DNA of 20,000 nt, taken from the IMG/VR virus record IMGVR_UViG_3300038345_000393. One strand, written 5' to 3'. Numbering within the stretch: position 1 is the first letter of the stretch; every line of letters starts with the position of its first letter. The notes under the pieces are model-generated. The model was not told the origin of the DNA and did not search any database. It saw only the letters and a program-made list of their open reading frames with translations. Made by a program: the position numbers and the translations under genes. Of this stretch, positions 1 through 7,546 are shown one piece after another. Origin of the DNA: an uncultured virus (IMG/VR IMGVR_UViG_3300038345_000393). Taxonomy: Duplodnaviria; Heunggongvirae; Uroviricota; Caudoviricetes.

Positions 1-1
1 C

Positions 2-967
2 TTGATGAATTGTTTCTTTATTATCAAAACTTAGTCTTAACCAACCCGCGTATTTAATAAAATCATTGAAGGCGCGTTCTAAATTATATTCAGTTGGAGG
101 AATCATATCCTTAAAGATTTGGCTATTAAATACTTTTGAATTAAATAAATAACGATATCCATCTACACCATATGACATATCTTCTAACTTAAAGAGATAA
201 CTTAATAAGATACCAGCATCAGAAGAAATGATTGGTAAGCCAATATGAGATGTATAAGGAATATTAAGCGCTCGAGCAGTCTTCACCACTTCTAAAGCAT
301 CTTCACTAGTGGTTAGTACGATTTCACATTCATCAATTGGATATTTTTGTATCTCGGAGAAAACATAATCGGCTTCGCAAGGTTTACCATATGCTTTCAT
401 AAAATGAATATCTTTATCTTTTTTATTAAAGACATCACTTAAAGAAAGCGTTTTCACGCTTAAGAAAACCTTTTGGATCATCTTTAAAAAGACTTGCGTG
501 ATATCGTATTCTTCAAAATATGAACATTCCATATCAAGTTTGATATCAGAATTAAGAATATAGTTAATTAAGTCGTTTTTATCGTAAAGTTTATTGTCTT
601 TTTTATATTGTTCGTATTGTTGATATTTATCTTTGATAAGGTTCTTCTTATCTAAGAAATCATTAGAAAGATTGTTGTCTAGGGACGCTAAAATATCTCC
701 TTCAACACAATCACGATATGAGTCTATTGCACTTCTTAAGTTTTTGGCGTCGTTATAATCGCCACTACCAAGATGATAATAAATATAGTCTTCTTCTTTT
801 GAAGATATAAATGTGCCTTCTGGCATTTTATTGGAGTGTTCAAGAATAAAAATACAAAGCTCGACATCGTTCATCACTCTTAAATTAAAAGTGTTGTGTC
901 CAAGTTTTGCTAATGTTCTTAAATACTCAGTTTGATTAAAACTATTAGAGAATAGTATTTTTTCCAT
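2..967 (-). CDS. N-terminal part of an AddB/RexB-like (inactive helicase-like, probably PD-(D/E)XK nuclease) protein; runs off the window start
   Basis: Not in the ORF track. Manual translation from ATG 967 gives 322 open codons (MEKILFSNSFNQTEYLRTLAKLG...KAYGKPCEADYVFSEI...LNIPYTSHIGLPI...). The 'AYG...E...V...I' and 'NIPY....G.PI' patterns resemble AddB-like helicase-domain motifs. No nuclease domain is visible in the window. Confidence 0.6.
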   Translation of the reverse strand, partial: MEKILFSNSFNQTEYLRTLAKLGHNTFNLRVMNDVELCIFILEHSNKMPEGTFISSKEEDYIYYHLGSGDYNDAKNLRSAIDSYRDCVEGDILASLDNNLSNDFLDKKNLIKDKYQQYEQYKKDNKLYDKNDLINYILNSDIKLDMECSYFEEYDITQVFLKMIQKVFLSVKTLSLSDVFNKKDKDIHFMKAYGKPCEADYVFSEIQKYPIDECEIVLTTSEDALEVVKTARALNIPYTSHIGLPIISSDAGILLSYLFKLEDMSYGVDGYRYLFNSKVFNSQIFKDMIPPTEYNLERAFNDFIKYAGWLRLSFDNKETIHQ

Positions 968-1038
968 TTTTATTACCTATAATAGATTATTTTATAACAA
1001 ATGTGCTTTCTTTATAAAGCACTGTTATATTCTATTTA

Positions 1039-1503
1039 TTACTCCTCTCTTGTTATCGACCAGAAGAAACTGTGAAGCTTTTCATCAAACGAAGAATTTC
1101 TTCTTTTAGCGTAAGGAAATTTCTTTTTGAATTCAGTGAATGGAGGATAGACAAAGTCATCACCGAATAGAGTTTTTAAGAATTGTTCCTTAGTATCTAA
1201 TTCGTAATATAAGTCGCACGCTCTTTTGTTGCGTTTTCTTACTTCCTTGTCAACTTTATCAAGTGCCTTCTTACGCTCTTCTTCTTTCTTTTCTTCATCA
1301 TTAATGATTGCCATCATTTGAGCATTCAACACTTCATCAGCGAATTTAATAGAAGAAGATTTGAAAGCAAGATCAGGCTTAAAGATTTTTCTTTCATTAG
1401 GAAATTCAATAGTGATTCTTTCATTAGTTAAGGTCACTACTCTCCCCCTAACCCCATTAGAATTAAGGATTTCTTGATTAATAAATTGCTCGTAATTATT
1501 CAT
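1039..1503 (-). CDS. hypothetical protein (N-terminal small beta/SH3-like segment plus coiled coil)
   Basis: 154-aa ORF whose start overlaps the stop of the upstream gene (translational coupling). 'GVRGRVVTLTNERITIEF' beta-rich N-terminus, EK-rich helix. Confidence 0.75.
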   Translation of the reverse strand: MNNYEQFINQEILNSNGVRGRVVTLTNERITIEFPNERKIFKPDLAFKSSSIKFADEVLNAQMMAIINDEEKKEEERKKALDKVDKEVRKRNKRACDLYYELDTKEQFLKTLFGDDFVYPPFTEFKKKFPYAKRRNSSFDEKLHSFFWSITREE

Positions 1504-2482
1504 CTACTTCCTCCACTTCTTCTTCAAATTCAAGTTCGTTTTTAGCGTATGCTTTCACTAATACCACCAAATCATTGAAGCGCTTGTTATTCATGATATG
1601 GTCATAAATAATGACAAATAGTCTTTCAAAAGCATTGAATGACTTCGGCATCAATTTGATTAAATTATCAAATCTTGTGTGGTTGCCAGTCACTTTCTCT
1701 TTAAACAAATTAGCGAAGAATTCTTGCACTAATAGTTCTTTGTTCAAATTATAGTATTCAATAGAATGACCTCTTAAATAATGATAAGAAATGTCGTATT
1801 TTGAGGACAAAGCATCCATAATTGGAGAATACTTTTGTTCTACAATATCAAAACATTTCTTTTTAATGATTTGATAATAGACTTCCACAAAGCCAGATTC
1901 ATATAACTCTTTATGAATAGCTTTTCTTTCTAGTGTCTTGTTTGTGTTATCTAATTTGACATATAAAGGCAAATATTTAGCAAATAAATCATAAGCGCCT
2001 TTATAAATGTTTGAGTCAACGTTATTAGCGTATTCCCTCATTACTTCCTTATATAGTTCCTCTTCTTTTTCTTCAAATTCCTCACGGAAGATTTGTTCTA
2101 AAGTCTTACCGTCTCTAACGATTACATGACTAGAAAAAGAACAAAAGTCCCCAAATAAGAAATCTGTAGCGTGGCCTAGTTCATGAGCGAATGTTTCTGG
2201 ATCACGGAAATTAACATAGATTTCCATTTTCCTTCTTTTTGAATAATTGTTAGATTCACCATGCTCTTTAACGTGACAACGTCCCGCACTGCTATATGGT
2301 TTGATTTTTAAAGCAGTGTTAGAAAGAAGTTTATTAACAAAATCTCTATAAGCAGGAGAGATATGAATAGCTTGTTTAATAATATTCTTGTAGTTATTTC
2401 GATAAAGACGTTTGGTCTTTTTCTCAATGCTTTTAGCAAAGATATTAATGTCATCTTGATTTGGATGAGTTACTGCTAGCAT
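1496..2482 (-). CDS. putative zincin-like metallopeptidase (HExxH plus downstream E-x-F-A)
   Basis: Motifs ETFAHELGHATD and QEFFANLF; strong SD (AAGGAGG) before the ATG. Confidence 0.7.
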   Translation of the reverse strand: MLAVTHPNQDDINIFAKSIEKKTKRLYRNNYKNIIKQAIHISPAYRDFVNKLLSNTALKIKPYSSAGRCHVKEHGESNNYSKRRKMEIYVNFRDPETFAHELGHATDFLFGDFCSFSSHVIVRDGKTLEQIFREEFEEKEEELYKEVMREYANNVDSNIYKGAYDLFAKYLPLYVKLDNTNKTLERKAIHKELYESGFVEVYYQIIKKKCFDIVEQKYSPIMDALSSKYDISYHYLRGHSIEYYNLNKELLVQEFFANLFKEKVTGNHTRFDNLIKLMPKSFNAFERLFVIIYDHIMNNKRFNDLVVLVKAYAKNELEFEEEVEEVDE

Positions 2483-2494
2483 ATTATTTCCTCC

Positions 2495-2671
2495 TTATTC
2501 TATTAAGAGAGTGTCTAATTCTCTTTCTTCGATGTTGAGGAAAAAATCCTCAATGAATGATGTTTGTGGTTCATCAAGAAGAGCGGTAATCTCTTCTAAT
2601 GACATCGAGTTGATGATTTCATCATTACTTTTAATGACGAGTGTTTGTGTTGCTTCTTTCTTTTTCTTCAT
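2495..2671 (-). CDS. small hypothetical protein, 58 aa (missed by the ORF track)
   Basis: GGAGGT SD, then ATG at 2671: MKKKKEATQTLVIKSNDEIINSMSLEEITALLDEPQTSFIEDFFLNIEERELDTLLIE*. Its stop abuts the SD of the next gene. Confidence 0.8.
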   Translation of the reverse strand: MKKKKEATQTLVIKSNDEIINSMSLEEITALLDEPQTSFIEDFFLNIEERELDTLLIE

Positions 2672-2705
2672 TAACTACCTCCAAAAATCTATTCAATATA
2701 AATAA

Positions 2706-2812
2706 CCGTCTACCTAATCCCTCTACCAGACTGCGCCAAAGATAAAAAGGAGACATGACAGAAAAGGCGCAGCTGGATAGAAAGGAGGTTTTATGCTATG
2801 TCTTAAAGACGG
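2706..2812 (-). promoter_or_regulatory. structured 5' leader or small RNA with two anti-SD motifs
   Basis: Nested pairings CCGUCU/AGACGG, CUUUCUA/UAGAGGG, CCAG/CUGG, CUGCGCC/GGCGCAG; G-U pairs work only on the minus strand. Contains ACCUCCUUUCUA and CUCCUUUUU. Confidence 0.55.
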
Positions 2813-2888
2813 ACAATGTGCTTTCTAAGTTACCCATTTTTACTGGGTATCCTAAAAACGATATTTTCTGTTTTTATAATATAAAAAT

Positions 2889-2913
2889 AAAAGCCGCCTT
2901 TTTCGGCGGTTTT
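2889..2913 (-). terminator. intrinsic terminator after the RNAP/71-aa genes
   Basis: Minus strand AAAACCGCC-GAAAAA-GGCGGCTTTT followed by a T-rich run. Confidence 0.8.
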
Positions 2914-2935
2914 ATATAATTTTACTAAAAATATT

Positions 2936-3151
2936 TTAGCTCTCTGTAGCGATTAGTTCTTCGTTTTGATTATAGAGTCTAATTTGTCTCCAGCGTGGAA
3001 GAGTCTTTGTAACACGATACTCGTGAGACTGCTCTTGAACAACTTTTAGAAACATTGTGTCGGCTTCTTCTTTGGTGCATATTTTTGACCAAATGGTTTC
3101 TTCAGTTCCGTCAAAATTATCTTTAGCGATTCTAAATCTTTGCTTTTCCAT
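2936..3151 (-). CDS. hypothetical protein, 71 aa
   Basis: SD AGGAAGGAG; starts 18 nt after the RNAP stop and is followed by a terminator. Confidence 0.75.
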   Translation of the reverse strand: MEKQRFRIAKDNFDGTEETIWSKICTKEEADTMFLKVVQEQSHEYRVTKTLPRWRQIRLYNQNEELIATES

Positions 3152-3169
3152 AATTACTCCTTCCTATCA

Positions 3170-6046
3170 CTATTCATCTAGCATCTGTTCCATACCTGAC
3201 AAAAGTTTATCAATGGATGAATGCTTATAATAATATTTATCAAATAGATCAAAACTAGCGTATCTCTTATTTGTTCTTTCTAGAGATGGGATACCACCAT
3301 CGACATCAAAGAGATCTTTATATGTATACCCAAGATCTTTTTCTGAAATGATGTATAAAAGAATGAATAATAAGGTATATGGTGTTTCTTTTGTTAACCC
3401 TTCAATCATTTCAATTAGTTTTCTGGTTTTTTGAAGAGTGCTAATACCTGATTTGATTTCTTCGTAGCACTTATTAATCTTGTCATTGAATTCTCTTTTT
3501 TCCATATCAAAGGACTTGGAACTCTTTTTGGCTTGATTTTTCTTATAAATAATCTTCTTTAGTTTCTTTAATTCTTCTAAAGCATGATTGATTTGTTTGT
3601 AATTATCACTAGATAATCCCTTAGTGGTTATATCTTTTCTAACTAAAGAGAAGAATGGTATGGTTTCAACATTTTCCATTGATTCTTTGTTTTCATAAGT
3701 ATATTTCCATAAGCGATCCATTGTGGTATTGAAGAATGGTCTGTTGTTTTCAATGTGTTCTTTTAAATGACTATTTATTTTACCCGCTGTTGGTTTATCT
3801 TTTGTTTCTGGGGCAACATAATAGAAGAAAACAGGCTCTTCATCAAAACCATTATCAATCGCGTATTTATTAACTTTGTTAAAAACACTGACGGTAGTAA
3901 AATCAAATGACTTTTTAGCACTATCAATTTCAGCACCTGCTAAAACAGCAAGAATAGCAATCTTGTTATATAGTTCGACATCATCAAAGCCTTTATTTGG
4001 ATTATCATACTTATCAGTATTGTTCCAATAATGGGAATTTAGTTTTTGTGATAAGTTAACAATCATACCAACTCTGTTGTTAGCAATTTTATTATCTAAA
4101 TCGATAATGTTGCCAATTAAGTCTTTATTAATATTTAAACCAATTGATTTGCTATCAAAACCTGTACAAGGAACAGGAAACTTGTGATAGTTCTTTTTGG
4201 TAACGTTAACAATAACTCTATTATTAGTTAATAAAAGTGTATCGCTATCATAGTCAGCACCATTAAGACGTTGTTGTATATTGTTATTAATTGCGTCCAC
4301 GACTGCGATATTTCTTGTTAAATTAAACCATTTGTCTAAATCTTTTGGTTTTTTATTGTGGGCGTAGAGCAAATTACCCATTGTCATATGAGGGGCACGT
4401 GAACCAGCGATTTCTTCGTCAGTAAAGAAACTGCAATATATTTCATCTCTATTTAATGAAGAAACTATACCATTGGCTTCTAATAAGGACTTATCATCTT
4501 TCTTAATGATGTATTGAAGATATTCAAGAGGATTACCAAATAATGTGGCATATGTCCCTTCAATTAATAGTCTTCCATCATATAACTTTAAATGGAAACT
4601 ATCGATGACGTTATTGAATAAGTGATTCTTGAATAGGTTTGTTTTCTTGAAGTCTTTGCAAAGATCAAGCATTTCATAACAAACTTTGTTTTTAAATGAG
4701 TAGGAAGAATAATTTAATTCATTATCTTCGATAGCGGTATCTTCACTATCGTCTTCCATATCTTCATCATTAGTGACTTCAATATCTTGTTCTTTAACTT
4801 CGCCTTTTAAGAATAACTTCACATATTCTGGAGTGTTTTTAATATCACGTATTTTATTAACGTAATCAAAATATGGTGATAATAATGGTCTAAGTTCAGT
4901 ATCTTTCTTAAGACTCAATGTATTTAACAACTGATATGTTGTCTCTACCATATCACCATTAAAGAATCTTGTTTCTTTATCGGTTTTAACAATACCAAAT
5001 GTTGACAAGCGATTATTACTAATAGCGTCACACCATCTCTTGATGTTTTCTTTATTAAAACCACCTTTTGTCATCTTAAGATATTTAAGACAAGATTCAG
5101 AAACCACTAAAACGATATCTTTGATATCTGTAGCAAAGGTAATGCCGTTAAGTTGATCAACTGATGTGATGTTATTGTATTTAAACCAATCTTGTAATCT
5201 AGTATTAAAAGTGCAAGCTTTAAAGAATCTATTTCTTAATAGCATCATGCCTTTAAGATGATCTCCACTATAACCACATTCGTGGAAGATGGAGTCATCC
5301 ATTAAACCTTCGCCATCAAAGATATTATTTTCGATATCGTTTTTGCCTCTTTGGGCCACTAAACCTTCACCTTTAATATAATTTACTTTAATAACTTCTT
5401 CGTCTTTTAAAACGTGCTTAAAGTCTTTAACAAAGAGGATATTATATGGATTTAACTCTAAGGTTTTTGTGAGGCTAGATAGGGATAAGGCTTTATAAGC
5501 TTCATATGAAGTTAAGTTATCTAGATAACCGTCTTTCTTTTCGTTTAGTCCCGCTTTAGACCAACTATTCATTAACTTATATAGTTTTTCTTTTATAAAT
5601 AAACAGGATGCACCTTTAGCCGCACTAGCGGTTCTTTTATAGCGAACATATTTCTTACCGTTTAGAATAAAGCCGTCTCTATAAATCGCTTCTCTCATTT
5701 GACTAGGAGCGTAGGTATCTCCCACTATTTCTTTTTTATCGAAAACGCGTTCTTTTTTATCATTCATCCATAAAGAATATTCAAAAGAAACATTAACAAA
5801 GTCATCAGTGTAATATTCACCATTAATTGTTTTGCTTGTTAAGGTATTGTTCTGAATATCAAATTTCTTTTCATATTCAAGAAGATATAAAAGATCGAGA
5901 TTAAACGCTAAAACATCACGATAATGCTTGTCGAAAGATTCTTTAGTGTTTTTGACTTCCAACTTTTCATTAACGATATATTGAGCACGGTAAATCTCCG
6001 CTGCTTGTAAAAGTATGATTCTAAAAGAAGGACAGTTGCTATTCAT
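3170..6046 (-). CDS. single-subunit double-psi-barrel RNA polymerase, cellular RdRP / YonO-like family
   Basis: Ordered family motifs: YVRYKRTAS..K...LFI, AYKALSLS, FDGEGLMD, LLRNRFFKA, SESCLKY, TYQLLNTL, GSRAPH, LNGADYDSD (DxDxD at 4241-4255), EIDSAKK. Confidence 0.88.
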   Translation of the reverse strand: MNSNCPSFRIILLQAAEIYRAQYIVNEKLEVKNTKESFDKHYRDVLAFNLDLLYLLEYEKKFDIQNNTLTSKTINGEYYTDDFVNVSFEYSLWMNDKKERVFDKKEIVGDTYAPSQMREAIYRDGFILNGKKYVRYKRTASAAKGASCLFIKEKLYKLMNSWSKAGLNEKKDGYLDNLTSYEAYKALSLSSLTKTLELNPYNILFVKDFKHVLKDEEVIKVNYIKGEGLVAQRGKNDIENNIFDGEGLMDDSIFHECGYSGDHLKGMMLLRNRFFKACTFNTRLQDWFKYNNITSVDQLNGITFATDIKDIVLVVSESCLKYLKMTKGGFNKENIKRWCDAISNNRLSTFGIVKTDKETRFFNGDMVETTYQLLNTLSLKKDTELRPLLSPYFDYVNKIRDIKNTPEYVKLFLKGEVKEQDIEVTNDEDMEDDSEDTAIEDNELNYSSYSFKNKVCYEMLDLCKDFKKTNLFKNHLFNNVIDSFHLKLYDGRLLIEGTYATLFGNPLEYLQYIIKKDDKSLLEANGIVSSLNRDEIYCSFFTDEEIAGSRAPHMTMGNLLYAHNKKPKDLDKWFNLTRNIAVVDAINNNIQQRLNGADYDSDTLLLTNNRVIVNVTKKNYHKFPVPCTGFDSKSIGLNINKDLIGNIIDLDNKIANNRVGMIVNLSQKLNSHYWNNTDKYDNPNKGFDDVELYNKIAILAVLAGAEIDSAKKSFDFTTVSVFNKVNKYAIDNGFDEEPVFFYYVAPETKDKPTAGKINSHLKEHIENNRPFFNTTMDRLWKYTYENKESMENVETIPFFSLVRKDITTKGLSSDNYKQINHALEELKKLKKIIYKKNQAKKSSKSFDMEKREFNDKINKCYEEIKSGISTLQKTRKLIEMIEGLTKETPYTLLFILLYIISEKDLGYTYKDLFDVDGGIPSLERTNKRYASFDLFDKYYYKHSSIDKLLSGMEQMLDE

Positions 6047-6053
6047 TGTAATA

Positions 6054-6062
6054 ATTGTATCA
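6054..6062 (-). promoter_or_regulatory. extended -10 promoter (TG-A-TACAAT), probably producing a leaderless RNAP mRNA
   Basis: TGATACAAT ends 7 nt before the ATG at 6046; no SD is present. Confidence 0.55.
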
Positions 6063-6078
6063 GTTTTATAGTTAAGAA

Positions 6079-7407
6079 TTAAATTCTTCCTAAAAAACTA
6101 TCCAGCCAAGCAATGTCTGATGCTGTTAAAACCATAGACCTATACCCACGATTCCCTAGCCATTTAGTGTAAGCGATACCAGGATATCTATTTTTCTTAT
6201 TGCTGTGACCAGGAAGATAGAAAAGGCCGCTGCAAACAATATAAATGGCTTTATCTAGAATGTAGTTTTTAAGTTTGAGATAGTTTCTTCCACCATGATT
6301 CATTAAAGCACGTGAAGCTTTTTCCACCAATTCCATATGCAAATCTATAGCATCAAAACTTGTAAGTGTTTTTTCTGGACTAAAGCCAGTTGTGGCATCT
6401 AAATAAGGAGCAATCAATCTCGCTTCGTTGTAAATAAATATCATTGTCCTTTTTACGTGCAAATCTGGTTTCGGAAAATCTAAACAGTTGTAATTATACG
6501 ATCTACCAAATTCTTTCAAAAAATCAAAAGTCAAAGGTTCACCATAGCGTGATGAAATATAATGTTGGAAATTTTCATACCAATCCTTTGGTCTTGCTGC
6601 ACTATTTCCTGTCACGGGATTATTTTGCAATTTAGTTAAGACATCAACCGAATTGCTGCATGAATGCAAAAAAGAGCGTATTTCATTTAGACAATTATAG
6701 TAACTTCTTAAAACATCGATAGAGTTAGAAGAATATCCACTATATAGAGGATGAGATAAGTAAACACTAAGATTCAGCAAAGGAATTGATGCGTTAAAGT
6801 TGTTTGTAACACGAGAAATGTGGGTTTGAATGCTTGGATTGATAAATTTAATAATTTTTTCAATATTAGTTCCGTTTTGGGCATGGAAAGCGAGTTCTTT
6901 GAAGATAAATTGAATATCATTCAAAGAGGAAGTTGGATCAAGAAAAGTTTTATCAGAGTTAAGAAAATACTCGTCAATTTCGTTTTGAGTTAGTCGACGA
7001 TTAGGCAAAGAACCCGTCGTTGCACTTGAATGGTTATACAATTCTTTTAATGTCTTGATTGCTATCTTTAAGGCATCGTCATCGGTTATGGCAACTTTGT
7101 TAAAAAAGATTCTTGGTTTGTAGTTACTGCTGTTTTGATTATCAGAACTAGTATGTCTTATTGTTTCGCCACCCCTTGTAAAAGTAATTGATCTGTTTGC
7201 CAAATCAAAATTAGTTATTCCAAAGCCAACTCTTTCAGCTGTTTGACGATATCTTGACGAATTGTTTAAAAAGGTATTTCCTCTCAAATAACAAGGGGAA
7301 ATATTAGACTCGGTAATTCTTTCTAAACCATCGAAAGTCAAATTGATTTCATTTGGCCCTTGTAATAAATAGTCTTCTAATTTTTTAAATGCCTTACTTT
7401 TAGCCAT
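6079..7407 (-). CDS. hypothetical protein: small N-terminal DNA-binding-like domain plus C-terminal HhH/EndoIII-like DNA glycosylase-fold domain
   Basis: N-terminus 'KLEDYL....INLTFDGLERI' (DUF7662-like pattern). C-terminal 'YGEPLTFDFLKEFG...PKPDLHVKR' and 'YILDKAIYIVCSGLFY' resemble the HhH-GPD-like 'DFLKE..KPDxH' family. SD GAGGT. Confidence 0.55.
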   Translation of the reverse strand: MAKSKAFKKLEDYLLQGPNEINLTFDGLERITESNISPCYLRGNTFLNNSSRYRQTAERVGFGITNFDLANRSITFTRGGETIRHTSSDNQNSSNYKPRIFFNKVAITDDDALKIAIKTLKELYNHSSATTGSLPNRRLTQNEIDEYFLNSDKTFLDPTSSLNDIQFIFKELAFHAQNGTNIEKIIKFINPSIQTHISRVTNNFNASIPLLNLSVYLSHPLYSGYSSNSIDVLRSYYNCLNEIRSFLHSCSNSVDVLTKLQNNPVTGNSAARPKDWYENFQHYISSRYGEPLTFDFLKEFGRSYNYNCLDFPKPDLHVKRTMIFIYNEARLIAPYLDATTGFSPEKTLTSFDAIDLHMELVEKASRALMNHGGRNYLKLKNYILDKAIYIVCSGLFYLPGHSNKKNRYPGIAYTKWLGNRGYRSMVLTASDIAWLDSFLGRI

Positions 7408-7524
7408 AGATAAAACCTCAAATAAAATGTTCTTTAATGTTTTGTCACCAATAATAGTTGATTATTTGTAATAACATTACAATTAAAAAGGGTGTGCTTC
7501 AACACTAAGTTAAAAATGAATACT

Positions 7525-7546
7525 AAAAAACCATCAAACGATGGTC
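7525..7546 (-). terminator. intrinsic terminator closing the candidate ncRNA
   Basis: Minus strand ACCATC-GTTT-GATGGT followed by TTTTT. Confidence 0.75.

Noticed and set aside
2755..2919. Plus-strand micro-ORFs after AAGGAG / AGGAGGT (54 aa, 11 aa, or Met-Ser-stop)
   Set aside because: Poor SD-ATG spacing for the longer ones, overlap with the terminator, and G-U pairing favours a minus-strand RNA. Not excluded without Ribo-seq.
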